Assembly (NCBI GenBank): GCA_051362555.1
Contig: CM120640.1
Coordinates: forward strand, 37,219,967 to 37,283,966
From: Lingula anatina
Taxonomy: Eukaryota; Animalia; Brachiopoda
Direction of reading: 5' to 3'
Length of the DNA stretch: 64,000 nt
Shown: positions 24,980 through 39,513 of the stretch, piece by piece
Position numbering within the stretch: position 1 is the stretch's first letter
Layout of the letters: every line of letters starts with the position of its first letter
The notes under the pieces: model-generated
What the model saw: only the letters and a program-made list of their open reading frames with translations
Told to the model about the DNA's origin: nothing
The model's database searches: none
Translations under genes and position numbers: made by a program

Positions 24980-27101
24980 AGAGAGAGAGATGATAAACTT
25001 GATCAAGTGATTATTTTAATAATATTAAAATATGCTCTCGAACCATTTTAAAATTTTCAACTGCAAATGTAAAATTTGCAAATGTATGATAAAAACTTGC
25101 CCTTAATTGCACCATCTGTTGAAAAAGCACTGGGCACCTTATAGTCTGGATGTAAAATATTATGTTTGGCTAACAATTTCTAACACTGCCAAATAGCTGT
25201 CCAATGCCCCATGGAGGTAAAAAAAATCACAATTCCTTCTATATAACATCTTTGCTCATCTAGACTATTGTTAGTCATTTTGAGAAACAGATTGTTAACA
25301 AGGTGGTATATATTGTGTTTCTTAATTTACAGGTATGTTGGAGATAAGACAGGAAAGAAAAGGACTGCTATTGAGAGCCTTCCTGAACTGATGGCTTACA
25401 CTGAAGACAGGTTTGAGTTGTTGTTGGAAATGTTGGAGGGAGAGATTGAGAGAAAAGAAATCAGTCAGGTCAGTGATTCTTATTTTCAGTGGCAGTTCCT
25501 TCCCTTTTTTGTTTAAAATGAAAACTGGCATTGACAGCCCATGATTTTATGTTAAGTTTTCATTATATTTCTTAAGAGCTTATTTCTATGAATTAAATTC
25601 AGATGTGATTGTGTGTGCATATGCATATGTAAATATACGCTACTGAGAAGACAATTTATAGACAAACTTTGATTAGCAAATCTTGAAACTTTTGGATCTT
25701 CTAAAAATTTACAGACAAACTTTGATTAGCAAATCTTGAAACTTTTGGATCTTCTAAAAATAGCTGGGTTTGGAATTTAATTTTAACTTAACTGAACCCA
25801 TTATACACTCAATGCAGCCTTTAAATTGTTAAATTTGGACTTTGACAGGTGTACACTGTACTTCAGCAACTGCCAGTGATAGATGTGAAGATGACAGTCA
25901 GAGGTTGGTGGGAGGGAGAAACTGGACAGGTGGAAAAGATGGTGCCAATGTCACATAAAGGTAGTAATTCTTTTTTATTTACATGTATACGTAGTCCTTT
26001 TTGGGTATAAAAACTCAATCATAGAGTCACTTGACTAATGATGCTGATATAAGGAAGTTTCAGGCTTTTAGTTGTCATGTAAACTTGTTTGCAAGGGGAA
26101 CGAGATATTGTCTGAGTCAACATCTGGAAGGTTTTCAGAGCCAAATTGGCAAATTTATGTTACACATGTGATACATGTAGCTTCACAATTAAAAAAGCCA
26201 GAGGTATTTTTATTTGATCCTGTAAGTTTACTGAACATATCTTTTGAGGAAGTATACAGCTTTTGATAATACACAAGTTCCATTAGGCAATGAACTCCGG
26301 TGCAGTTTGTTTATTAGCTGTATTAACTGTATATAACTGTCCTTCACTGTTATTCAAGTCATGGAATTCTGGCAGCTTCTGTGAAAGTGCTTGATAAGAC
26401 TTTTAATTATATCGTTTCCAATCATTCCCTCAGGTGGATCTCGGCCAGACAAAGACTGGATTCCAGTTCATGCAGATCAGGAATATGTCCTGAATGTGGA
26501 GCTGAGAAGAGCAAATAAGGTCAAGGTAATGTGGGAACACTTTTTACATAAAAGTTTTTTCATGACGTTGGATTTCTTTTCTATTATTTATCTGCATTGA
26601 TTAAAGTGGATTGTTTATTGAAATTGCTTAATTCACTCTTTAAGCCAAGTGGATATACTTACATTTTATATCTGCTGCTATATTGTCAATACAATTGATA
26701 TAGCCTATTACATGTACATGCTTAAGCATCAGATGATGCAATGGGATATCATTGTATAGAATACCAACTTATTTTCTTTCCAGAAGCATGACAGCAAGGC
26801 CTTCACCAGCAGGTTTCCTAAACCAAAAGATGAGGGCTGGTTTCTTGTGATTGGGGAAGTGGACAAGAAAGAGCTGATCGCCTTGAAGAGAGTGGGTTAT
26901 GTCCGCAACAGGACCAATGTCCAGCTTGCACTGTACACACCTGAGATACCAAGCCGTGTGATTTACACTCTTTACTTGATGAGTGATGCCTACCTGGGTC
27001 TGGACCAACAGTATGACATTTGCCTGGATGTTGTACCTGCCAGCATAGAGGCTCAGGTTAATACAGAGCTTAAGGAAGAGCTGGAGGGGCTGGACTTTTA
27101 G
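21748..27101 (+). CDS. ASCC3: Activating signal cointegrator 1 complex subunit 3 (Ski2-like helicase), C-terminal ~426 aa incl. second Sec63 domain; 5' part lies outside the window
   Basis: Exons: 21748-21859, 22068-22202, 23221-23276, 24044-24212, 24707-24858, 25333-25468, 25849-25960, 26434-26525, 26784-27101 (TAG). The peptide follows ASCC3 motifs: YYNL..DSINKFLS, LGRISSYYYL, LPVRHNED, HTKAHLL.QAH, DTKSVLDQAIR, QMVVQGRW, HADQEYVL, RFPKPKDEGWFLVIGEVDKKELIALKRVGY, MSDAYLGLDQQYDI. All phases are consistent. Confidence 0.96.
24221..24301. repeat. Compound (CT)n(CA)n microsatellite just after an ASCC3 donor
   Basis: Direct reading. Confidence 0.9.
24868..24990. repeat. Compound (GT)n(GA)n microsatellite just after an ASCC3 donor
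   Basis: Direct reading; includes GTGTGACACT sub-repeats. Confidence 0.9.
25655..25760. repeat. 53-bp tandem duplication in an ASCC3 intron
   Basis: TTTA(T/C)AGACAAACTTTGATTAGCAAATCTTGAAACTTTTGGATCTTCTAAAAA x2. Confidence 0.9.
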
Positions 27102-27769
27102 ATTGGTTATACTATAAGGCAGGCATTTATCTGGCTTTTCAAATGTGATAATACCAACAACTTGCCACTGTTTGAAAGACGGATTATATTAACACCTTAA
27201 AGTTGGGGGAATTGGTTGAGGGAAACAGTTAAAAGAAAATTACCAGTCAATAACTAGTCGTTTTGTCTCTGATGTGAGTTCTTTGCCAATGTTAGACTGC
27301 GTTGAAAGTTCACACTTGATTTAAAGTAAAATTGAGTAAGATAAAAGATTCTTTGACAATGATTTTTTGATATCCATTATTTATAATGATAATAGTTGCT
27401 ATTTATTTTAATTGAAACAAGTATACAAATCAGGTGTTTTATTAATCTGAAATTCTTTACAAAGAAATTAACTTTATTGAAGCTCTTTTTAAACTTGTTG
27501 AGTGCAAACATTGACCACATAGTCAGAAAAAATTTTGATGAAATGTTGAATAATCCACCTAAGCAATACTATAATACAGTTTCCGATTGGAATGGACTCA
27601 GTGATCAACAAGTAAATGCTGACACTGTGGAAGGCTTTAGATTAGGCCTACTCTGTGACTAAGTTTCCCATGCGCTCTCTTCTATCCGTCTATCTCATAC
27701 CAGTAGTGGTCTTCTTAGACGTATATGGACAGATACAGATACCCCTGGAGTTAGGTATAATGTTCATCA

Positions 27770-27912
27770 GGGACTGGTTTCATAAAAGAAAGACCAAAAT
27801 ATGGTGTTACATTGTGTAACCCTCAGACAGAACTTGGGTCTCCTTTAGTTCAGGTTAAAAATAATTGTCAGTAAAAATAGAGTAATTGTTAGTCCAAAAC
27901 AAAAGCCAAGTC

Positions 27913-27956
<44 letters not shown>

Positions 27957-28113
27957 TTAAAATTAAAATTTGGAAAATACACACAGTATTTCATATCAGT
28001 GACTTACAACTAATATATAGGCCTATCTTGGGTCAAAGTAAATGTAAAAGTAAAAATCAGTCTAAAAGTTAACACCAATTTTCCATCTAGGGTTCTTCTG
28101 TGAAACCAGGTCC
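27770..28113. mobile_element. Possible MITE downstream of the ASCC3 stop, containing (ATT)n
   Basis: Imperfect TIRs GGGACTGGTTTCATA / TGTGAAACCAGGTCC; a similar end GGGCCTCTGTTTCACAAA occurs at 9237. Confidence 0.4.
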
Positions 28114-31100
28114 ATGTGTTATCTGCAAATTAACATAAGGTCAAAGACCTCAAAGTTATGAGAAGAAGCATGGCTTTCGCCAGTTCAATTACCATTTGAC
28201 AAAAAATAATGACAGTACTTGCTCTACTGAGCATGATTTATGGCAGTCTGAATGTAATCTGATATATTTGAATTGAGTTTCCACACAAACATCATGTTTA
28301 TTAAGTGGGAAAACCATAGTTTTTCTGAAATTTAGGTTATTTACTTAGCCCTTCTAATCACTTCTAGTGGGGGTGGTTAAGGGGAGAGGGCACACATCTG
28401 ATAGGCTTCCCCCCTCTCTAAAGCATAAATGCTGCTGAAACTAAAATGCTAAGACTTTCTCACACTCGAAGGAAATCTTGAATAAAATTCTGGATCAATG
28501 CATATCTGTGTCTGTGTTCATTGCTAATATAATGAGATTAGAAAATTTAAAGTCCATGTATTAAGGAGGTATACATAATTAAAGAAAAAAGATAATAAGA
28601 TCATGAACCCATACAGACTGCATAATATCATATTTCTTGAATTTGCATTATTGTATGTTCTTATGCATTTAATGTGGAAAAGAGAGATTTTAATATGACC
28701 GAATAAGCTCTGAATATTCCTCAGTTTTACAGCTTCAGAAATTCTAGGGATCATTAGTAAAAAATTGGGTTACGACATGCATACCACACACACATGCAAG
28801 AAGTATCATGCAGATTTTCACACTGGTCCTGTCATTTAAATAAATAAAGCTCCCTAATACATTTTAAATAAAACTAAAATATATTTTGGCACTTACTGGG
28901 CGACAGCTGCAGTCTAGCCTTCTTTTCTCTCCTGGTCTATCTGAGGTCTCTCACTATTTCTTAATTCACCATCTAGATGAGTAACACTTCAGATAACTTG
29001 GTTGTATCCCCCCCCAAAAAAAATGAATAAATAGATTAATTGATCTTTTCCCTTAGTCTACTTCTCTGCAGACACTTACAGTGTCTGTACACAAAAAGGA
29101 GCAAGAACAATTTTTCCTAGTCTTATATTTATCTGATTGTCTGTTCAATTAATTAAATTTTTATCTCTTAAAGTGTTTCAAGAACTTATTTAATGTTCTT
29201 CAGAATGACATCTAAGACAAAAGATAAAGCACTCTCTAACTGCTTAAAGCATATCATCTTAAAGTGCTGGTATTTCTGTCACATACATTTTGTATAAATG
29301 TTTGTTATGTATATCTGGAATGCCTCTACAAGAGGAATTTTACAATGAATTTTCAAGCATCCTGTGTAATGTAGAATTAATGACAGCCACTGCATACCCC
29401 CTTGCTCAGAATAGTCTAAACCACGGAATTAACATGACAATATACAGGTGAGCGAATTTTATCTGTGTAAACCAATAGCATCCCTACAGTGCTGAGTAGG
29501 CCCAGTATTGGGTTTCGGTGCATTCCGCAACGAGGGATTTAAGACATATATTTAAATGATTGATTAAATAATATGTATCAGTAAAGAGACCATACAACCA
29601 AATTTTATTAATTAAACTATAAGATCACGTAGATTCACCATATTCGTGAAAATGATTATTCCAACAGCAACTCCCCAATCAGAATACGCCGTACCTGTTG
29701 TGATCTACATAACAATGCGTCGCTCAGTGCAGTGCGAGCTGTCTTCCAGAATAGTCACTTGACAGCTGGACCCTGAAAGAAGAGGACGCAGGATAGGTGT
29801 GGTGAAGTCGCAAGGCCGAACATTTCAGTCAGCATTGAAGCAAATATGTCGTGTGAGTAGCATTTCTTCTACAACCAAATGTTAAAAGTATCAGTCGGTC
29901 GTAACGTCTAACGCAAACGTCTAGGCAAAATTTCAAAAAGCCAGAGAATCAAATTACTGTCTAAGGACATATCTGTGAATATCTTGTGAAAAATCAATCT
30001 GTCGCCCTGGTAGAGTGTAACGTCTAACGTGCATAACTGAAAAAAGCATGCACGACTATCAGCAAGTATGCTTCTCCGCTGTTGTGATTCTAATTTGGTA
30101 TAACTTGTATATAAGAGATTTTAGAAGCTTGTTTTGGTTCACAGTTTGTTGATTAGAAGGTGGGACTCTTTGTCGGTTTTGAATTTTAGATTTTTTTGCA
30201 CCAAAGAGATTTCTTAAATTTTTGTAACTCGAGTTTAAATTACCAGGTAATAGTATCCTAATTTTGGCATGTTCAAAATACCAATTTGTCCGAGCGGTAC
30301 CCTGGATTTTAGAAAGGTTCTATGCTGATAATCGCTGAAATCTTTAAAAAAGCACGCTGTCGACAGAAGCGTAGATAATATGAAGAAAATTTGCTTTCAA
30401 ATTAGATATCACTTTGTTGCCCTGTTACTGTTCAAATTGTATCACCAAACACTTTAATACTTCTGCCTTTGTATTTTTAATGATGTATCAGAGTGAAACT
30501 TCTCAGGTACTTCTATTAGAAACTGGTCTGTACTACATTTTGCTGTAATTCGTGAAAAATATTTTAATTAATATTCATTTATTATTTGCATCTTAAAAAG
30601 GTAAACGAGGAAGACATTTTTATTTTTCATGATGGCACAAAATGCTCATCATTAGAATTTATTACTATTTTTAGTTTCTAACATTTTATAGCTTTTGTAT
30701 CATTCATTAAACTAGATTTGCTTTCACAAAAATATGAATTATGAGTCAAATTACTTGTCTTGTAGAAGACTGCGAACACCCGTCCGTTCCAATGTGGTAG
30801 AGGTGCCTCATTAGTTTAAGCCTTTAAAATTAATTTACTCTTTCAACATATTGATTTATTTGTCTTGTCATTCTTTTTTATATTGTAACAAATATTAGTG
30901 TACGGCATTTTGTTGTCAAATATCTAAGACTTTCAGAGATCAACTACTTCCATCATATTAATCAATTTGATGTTTAATGTAAATAATTTTTCTGACATCC
31001 TTTTTATTTGAATTAATTCAATCTTACTTTTAATTTGGATTGTATTTGAATGTTGGATTGCACTATTAACGTTATTTTCTTATTTCAGAACACTGTCATC

Positions 31101-32416
31101 TGCTTTGCCGGGATTCTGCAACATGCACATGCGATTGATAGAAGCCCGCCTTTCCTTCTACCCATATTTTGGATCCGGATATACACATGCATGCACACAG
31201 TCGAACAAGCTTCATGGTGAAAATGATTCATTCTTTTACTGTGATTTATAAACCATTTTAGGTCAACATACAATTTTGTACATAACAAAACGTTGTCGGC
31301 TACAGAAATTGTTCCTTTTTCAAATTATTCAAATCGATCATTTTTGTTTTTCCTATGATCTTTAGTTCCCAAAATTTCCCTCGAAACACCTCAAATATAT
31401 CTGATTCAATTTGAAACCCATGTATGAAAATGCCATTGCATAATTAAATATTCTGTGTTTGTATATCATATCGTTCAAAATTGAAGTTAAAAGTGAACTT
31501 TTTCACCATATAGCTTGTTAAAACTTGAATAAAATTGCTTATAAAGTATCATGTGTTATTATGATTTACTGTATATAAATCAGCCTTATTGTGTTTACAA
31601 TTTTCGTTTAAAGTATCAACTGACAATTATAAATTACAAACACTTATGCCTGAATAAAAGCACTTTCTTGGGAAGTTTTCAATTTGATCTAAAAATTCAA
31701 GAGAGATAAATACGCACTGAGTAGCTTACTCGATTTGAAACAAACTTTTTTTTTTGCTTTAACTTTAACAAAATCGCTTTAAATTTTTGTAAATTGAAAG
31801 TTGAACTTTGCCCAAAATCGACGTGTCTGTATTGAAATCAGTTGGTAAGATGCAGTACAATGTCAAAATTTGAGAAAATTGTGGAAATGCCAATTTTAAA
31901 TGTATATATTTCCGTTGAAGTTGCCATTCTCCTCTAGGCTTATTCTATGCATCACGTTGAAAAGAAATTTTAATGTTTATGAAAAGACTGGCAACTTCCC
32001 TTTTTTTTCCGAAATCTTTTACATAATTTGGCACCATTTTTAGAGACAGTTTTTTGCTAAAAAGATATGATCATAATTTATCAAAATTTTAGTACAAAGT
32101 GAGCAGCCCCTCTCAAAAATTAAATTAATTAAAGAGGAGTGCCCGGAGTTGCATTTGCTTTTTGGATGCCAAACTAAGATGGATCGTGTTTTTAAATGTA
32201 CCTATAGCGAAGCTTTAATAAGTACAATTCTGTTTCAATCCCGTTCAATTTCATTTATTTATCCGACCACGGGAATCACGGTATTATCTAATATAAGGGC
32301 GAAAACCGTGGAAAACGGAAATGAAATACTTTTCAAAATTGGCCTTTATTCCACGAAGCTTGGGGGATTTTATTTTCACAGAGCATTTGTAATAGCTTTT
32401 AATCATTTTCAATGCA

Positions 32417-32525
32417 TTTGATAGTAGTTGATGTAGAATTATATAGTATTTTCGTTTGTATTTTTTGTACATTGTATTTGATAGTAGTTTTTGTAGAATT
32501 ATGTAGTATTTTTGTTTGTACATTT
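32417..32525. repeat. 60-bp tandem duplication (about 2 copies)
   Basis: TTTGATAGTAGTT..TGTAGAATTAT.TAGTATTTT.GTTTGTA at 32417 and 32477. Confidence 0.75.
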
Positions 32526-32896
32526 TTAAAGGCACATTGTTAGTTTTTGTGCTTGACATTTCTCTTTCATTTAGTTTGTGCATGTGATAATTGACGTAAA
32601 TTGTGATAGAGTTGAGCAAATTAAAAAGCACATTTTTTACACGTGCCAAGATTTGATTTTGCTTGCTAGAAACTGGTGACATAAAAGTTAGTTGACAGTC
32701 TTGCATAATGTACATATTACCATTTGTTGAAATAAATATCAAAGCCTAGAATAAATTTTACAAAGTATATATGTTAAATTAAAGCATGATTTTCTGTAGT
32801 TTTTGTTATCCTATAATAAACAATACATTTCAATCCGTTTTATAGTTTGGAATGAGTGTGATTGTGTTGGGATGAGGTTTGGGTGGTGCCACTTAT

Positions 32897-33600
32897 TTGA
32901 GGTGTAACAGATTGGGTCAGTCCGTTTCACTGTAGGGGTGGCAAGTGGGACATTTCCATTTTACTGAAGGGGTGGTGGGCTAGTCCATTTTCCAAGAGGG
33001 GTGACAGGTGGGTCGAGTCCATTCAATTGAAGGGGTGAAAGGTGGGTCGAGTCCATTCAATTTGAGGGGTGACAGGTGGGGCGAGTCCATTCAATTTGAG
33101 GGGTGACAGGTTGGGCGAGTCCATTCAATTGAAGGGGTGACAGGTGGGGCGAGTCCATTCAATTTGAGGGGTGACAGGTGGGGCGAGTCCACTCAATTTG
33201 AGGGGTGACAGGTGGGACGAGTCCACTCAATTTGAGGGGTGACAGGTGGGGCGAGTCCACTCAATTTGAGGGGTGACAGGTGGGGCGAGTCCACTCAATT
33301 TGAGGGGTGACAGGTGGGGCGAGTCCATTCAATTTGAGGGGTGACAGGTGGGACGAGTCCACTCAATTTGAGGGGTGACAGGTGGGGCGAGTCCATTCAA
33401 TTTGAGGGGTGACAGGTGGGGCGAGTCCATTCACTTTGAGGGGTGACAGGTGTGACGAGTCTATTTTCATAGGGGTGATAGGTAGAACGAGTCCATTCCA
33501 TTGAAGGGGTGACAGGTTGGGAGATTCTATTTTTCTATAGGGGTGACAGAAGGGACGAGTCAATTTTGCATGAGGGTTGACAGGTAAGATGAGCTTGTTC
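32897..33600. repeat. 34-bp G-rich minisatellite, about 20 copies
   Basis: Unit GAGTCCA(T/C)TCAATTTGAGGGGTGACAGGTGGGGC, near-identical in the centre and degenerate at both edges; no spacers. Confidence 0.95.
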
Positions 33601-35870
33601 TATTGTAATATATAACATTGTAACTAGGAACCAACTACCATTTTTTGTGTCTGTTTAATGTCTTCAAATAACAGTATTTTTCATATTTATTTTCAAATCT
33701 TAAATAAAACATAGTTGATTGTAAACAATGATATTCAGAAACTACCATTTTTAAGTGTTACATTTATAAAACCCTAAACAAAAAGGCAAGAAAATATATG
33801 CATCAAAAATGTAATCACAAATGTATATGTAAAGAGGCAATAATAATAATCAAAAATAATAATCAAAAATGACAAAAACTGTTGAAACAAAAAAAGCAAG
33901 AATTTATAAAACTATCCATTTTACAAAAAGTTGTTAACCCTGGATGCAAGGGTCACACTCAAAAAGAGAAGAGGATGCATTTAGTTCATCTCGCAAGTAG
34001 GGACATCAATTTTTGAAGTTGTTTGGTCCATGTTACAGCGTTTTATTAATTGTAATGCTATTTGCGTGTTTAGAGCAACATGGGATTTGTATGAGAAATG
34101 AAAGAATCAGATGTTTGAGAATATCATTTGAACTGCGCAAAATATTCTGCCGACAACAGGATGGGTAAATGTGTGTTTAATCATTTACTATCATAATTCC
34201 AAGATCCAATCCAATTAAAGTTTTCCTCTATTTTTCAGTTTTGGTTTTTAAACATATATTCATATGAGGATTTTAAGATCGTCCATTATGAATTTATTTG
34301 CAGCCGCAAAATCCAAATATTGATCTGAACTATGTAAAGAAAATTGAGAAAACATTAACTCTAGGGGGACCAACAAGTTTTTTCTAAAGGATATAAATAG
34401 CGATTACAATTTCTAAAGGCAAGAATGTAAATGCATTTTCTAATGCAGGTAGGTGGAAAATCGGACAATTTTTTCAGGTTTAAAGAATTTTTAAATGTCA
34501 AAATGCCATATGATACTAATGATACTATGGATTATATTGGGCATGGTTGAAAAGCTTTTTAATCAATTTTAATGAATGAGTTTGTTCCAAGGGATATTAA
34601 AAAAGTATGCTTAAAAAATTTTTTGAAGTGAAAATTTCAACTAGATAGTAATGGTGGAATATAAACGGAGATCACACAAAGATATTCAAAGAAACGGATC
34701 AATAACAATACGGATGAAAAGTTTTAAAAAAATTAAAAATAAACCTACAATACATACCATAATACTTGGTTAAAAAAAGTAAACGTTTCACCGTTCACAA
34801 TCTCATGGTTTTCTTTTCAACCATCAAAATACAACTACTTTAACAAATGTTCCATGTCTAAAATTATCAACTGAACATAATAGCTCACATAACACAACCA
34901 TAATCCTACATAAGTAAGCCATAATTCATCTAACATCGGAAATTTAAAGGCAAGCGAGAAAGTAAGAGAGCATCCCTAAATTTTACAGACTTTTAGAGAT
35001 ATCAAATATGAACGATAAATTACTACACTACAATTCCATGACGAGAATGAATTCCCATAGTGTCTGTAAACAATAAAATTTACTTACAGTAACCTATAGA
35101 AAAATTTTAATACAATTGTCATAACCCCTTACATACTGAGTAAAGGAAAACACTGGGCAACAAGACTGCAAAGAAACAAATGTCTAAATAACCGTATGAA
35201 AACCAACAAATCATGCCGATTTTCTAAAGGAACAAGCTTTTTTCACAGAACAAAGTAAAAGAGAAATATGTAAAATTACAAGCAAAAAATTTCAAAACTA
35301 AAATTTCATGAAAATCATGACTTTTAAACTCAACGTGACTTTTTGCCAAACAAACGCTTCCGCCAAATTTAGTTTAATAAAAATTTGATTTGGCAAATTG
35401 GTAAAGAAAAATAGGTCGGACTGCAACAGTGACAGCATGGAAAACACTACTTTATACTAGAGATCGAGTGAGTGATCGTAGGCATATGAGCAAAGCTTAA
35501 TACAAATTTAATTTTAAATCTCTTCAAACATTTTCAGAATCTTACTCCTTTTCTTTTATCATTATTAACATCATTGTCATCATTCTTCTATATCAAAATA
35601 GAAAACCTTAAAAAATCTATCTATTCAGTCATAACATAATACATGAATGGGCGAGTGGTTTCTGAATGCCAGCAAAAGGCTTGCTTGAAGGTGCATCTAG
35701 TCCAGCATCTTGGGGTGGGCTCCTGAAACAGGAAAATAATGTTTAAAAAACAGGCTACGGTATAGTTCTATTCTATGTAGTAAAAGCACCACAAATATAG
35801 AAAAATTATTTTTGTGATTATAAATGTATGTATTTGAAAATTTGATAAATTTTGCACATCGAAGTTTAAA

Positions 35871-36115
35871 ATAGAAAGCACTCCGAGAGTGCAAAATGTA
35901 CGTTTTAAACTACTACAGAAAATATAAATATAAGGAGGTCTAAACTGGGTTTAAATTGTTAGAATTCTTTCCTTCTTGAATAACCTACTATTCTGAAAAT
36001 TTCATCAAAATTTGTGAACAATTTGGAATTTATCTTATCCACGAGCAAAAAATAAAAACGAAACGGACAAACCAATGACAATAAAAGCATGATCTTCTTC
36101 ACTGGCAGAAGTAAT
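35871..36115 (+). mobile_element. Degenerate copy of short HINE-like family 2
   Basis: TAGAAAGCACTCCGAGAGTGCA ... CTGAAAATTTCATCAAAAT ... GGACAAACC ... TGGCAGAAGTAAT, colinear with 43112-43346. Confidence 0.5.
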
Positions 36116-39100
36116 TGGTACAGTAGTTAATCTATAGGATATAATATTTACAATCGATATTAACATCAAGCTTTTTTTGGTGTTGGTAGGGTGGGGGCTA
36201 ACACTTAATTGCAACTCATGTAGTCAAAGAACTGATCAGGTCAATTTTAGTAACGTCACTTACACCTATTCTTTGACGAATCATGGATAAAATTACGTTA
36301 TTATGTCCAAGGACGAATGCATCAAATATATCAGACAATTTGATAGTAAATACAATTAGGTGTGGTGTTTTCTTTAAAATAATAATAAGAAGAAGAAGAA
36401 GAAGAAAAATTAATTTTAATACAACAGCAACTTACGACTAACTAGAGACAGAGACAGTAAATAGTCACTATTGTAGAATAATCATGTATTAATCATTATA
36501 TTGGAGCAAATGGTTTGCATTTGTGCATGCTTGTTTATGTGCGTATGTGTGTAAAATTGTAATACATAAAACATACTTATCCTACAACAATATTTTTGAT
36601 GGCTCGCCAGTCTAAACAGAAAATGGCTTGTACCTCACGCCCAAGTCTAATCTGAAATAATAAAAAAAAACATACAGTTGCTGCATCAATATATGTAACC
36701 TTATACCTGTACACGTAGATGGGCCACGTGCCTGGACATGTTGACGGGGCACACTTATCCTTGTCGTATTAATTTATGTCTTTCGCAGTTACTGCTTCGT
36801 TCATTAAAAAAACACGTAGTATAAAACATGATTTTAATTTCAAAACCTTACTGTTAACAATGGCACTTGAAAGTAACAAATCGTTCGAACGGCCATTAAA
36901 AAACCGAGGAGGTGAGTAAAGGTTCCGGGAATAACGATGAACGGGTAAAATCACAATGTGAAAAAGGGCCAAGATTCTGCTTGGGGCTTAGTAACGGTGC
37001 GGGGAAGCAACAATGTGGCGACGTAAAGACATAACCTCGTCTATCTCTTGCAACAGTACGTTTTCAATCCTACAACTACTATAGCAAATTTTCAAAATTT
37101 GAAATTCTATTCGAGGGATACTATAACAAAGATATGTGGTATAAACATCTGACGTGCCGAGTAGGCCTACAGTGTACATGTATCTGAAAAAATAGGTACT
37201 TACGATATATGTATTTGCTTTTTTTCCACACCAAAAGGTCGAATTTGCAACTGCACCACACACTAGTTTTCCTGCGTCTTCACCTCTCAGTGTCCAACTG
37301 TCAAGTGACTATTCCAGACGTCAGTTCGCACTACTCAGTGACCAACTCATTGTTATGCTTATTACCACAGGCGTGGCTCAGTTTAGGTGAGCAGTTGTCG
37401 CCAGGGCACCAGAAAAGCATATGAATGAAACAAATAAGGAAGAAAAAACTCAAAGCCTATGGTCAATTTTAATTGTGAGAATTACACCCTTTCTGAATAT
37501 GATGATTTTAGTACCCAGTTATTACTGAATCGGCACGCGCAGTTTGCAAATTGAAAATGGTTCACAAACCAACCCAAAAGCAAAAATATCTGCAAAAAAT
37601 TGCCCAGTCTAGTGAGTTGAAAACGAATATACTTTCAGGAATGTCCTCTTTATGAATAATGCAGGCAATAGGCTCTTCAATTTTTACAAATACTGGGTAC
37701 ACATATCATAAAATATATTTGATATTTAGATACATAACATAATGGGTATCGGGGGGGGGGGGGGGAGTCCGACATAAATATTTTTGGAAATAACTGGAGT
37801 TTTTCTATTTTGTTCACCGAAAATCAAAACAAATAATTCAAATCTACTCTACATTACAAGAAATATATATGGTATGATATAATGATATATGATGACTGCT
37901 GCTTGTGAGTTAGTAAAAAAAGAAAATAGCAAACATTCTGGGTTATTTGGTTATTTTTTAACAATTTTTGTGATTTTCACCCATACCCACTTGTATACCA
38001 AGGCTCATGATCAAAACATTTCCCCAAAAACCTCAACGACAGGGAAACACACCAAGATCTTCTCTTATACAATCATTAAGAAAAAAATCTCCATGTAGTA
38101 ACAAACCAGGAAGCACAATGAACTAAACACATCTAATGGAATAAGTGTAAAAGAAAACATTGCTTATAATCTGAATAATTAAAGGGGCTCCATACAGATT
38201 TTTTTGCCAAATCTTAAATATTAAAATTTGCCTAATGCACGTCGACCAAACCTACCAGTACACTGCACGCTGCGTCTTTCCATGGGGCCATTTGAAAAAA
38301 TTTGCGAGCGGTTTGCTCACGCGTTAATATTATAACAACTTTGTCCAGAAATGTTATAACTTTAAAAAAATTTGATGAGACTAGAATTTTTGGTCTACTT
38401 CAGATCAGAAATATAATATACATACACACCGATTATGCCTACTCAAAAGTAATCACTGGTCCAAATCAATTAGCCACATCTTTTTTATTTTAGAAAAATT
38501 GAGACAAATAATGAGCCAACTACGACTTACTTAAGTAGCTTTAAATTGAGCTACGATAGCGAGGAACAACTCTCCATCTCGAGTTATCTGGGTTGTATGC
38601 AGATTAATATATCATTAAAAAATAAACAGATATCAAAAGTAAGAGCGTTCAGTTGTCCTTTGACAAAATGAATAAATACAGATAAATAATAAATTAAAAA
38701 ACAAACAAAACGTGTCAATTTAAGTACTTTACCCTTTTTATTCTTTAAAAAATCTATACACTGTTGACAGTGAATTTTTTTGTGGCACCCAAAATTAGCA
38801 CACTTGTAAATTATGCTTGGTGGAAGGAAATTTTGGTTGACAATGTTCACTATTATGCTAGAGTTTAATATTATGCTGGTACAGAAAAAAAGAAAATGCA
38901 AGCATCTTGACAGACTACTTCTATGCAAGTGGTGGACGCACTTACACTAAGCTCCCCCTTCCCCTAAGCATATCTACTGCTCTAATTGTATACAAGATTC
39001 CAAACATACATTAAATAAATAAATAAATAAATAAATAAAGTTAAACAGTAAGTGTGCATATTAGATACTATAGTTTTAAACATGTTTCTTTATAATTGTC

Positions 39101-39513
39101 TTTAAAATATGTGTCAAGAACACTTAGTATCTAAATTAGCTAAATTGATATTATAATAAAAAACAAATATCTATCAGCATATATAATTTTATGGCATAGA
39201 ACGCTCCATAGCACCTGATTATATTTATATTAGATATGTCATTGTAAATGCCATCTGCACAAGTTTTTAAACAAATTGTTCTGGTTTTCTTTGTATGCAA
39301 AAAATAACCATTCAACAGTTTCGAACTCATGAAGTAAACAAAATGCCTGCATGAGTTTATAACTGTGCAAGATTAAAGAAAAAACGTACTAAAATTTCAG
39401 TCAATGAACCCATTTATATCTCTTGAACTTGGGTTTTTATATATCAATAATATCTAGTAAGGAAAAGAGTCATTTTTACAATAAATCTGAAAAAGCACCA
39501 AACATATTTTTTT

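Noticed and set aside
26781-26786. CAGAAG tandem acceptor in the last ASCC3 exon (also at paralog B exon 2)
   Set aside because: NAGNAG acceptors are common and would change a single residue; no evidence of use.
32897-33600. CRISPR-like array (34-bp repeats)
   Set aside because: Units are head-to-tail with no unique spacers, there are no cas genes, and the context is eukaryotic; it is a minisatellite.
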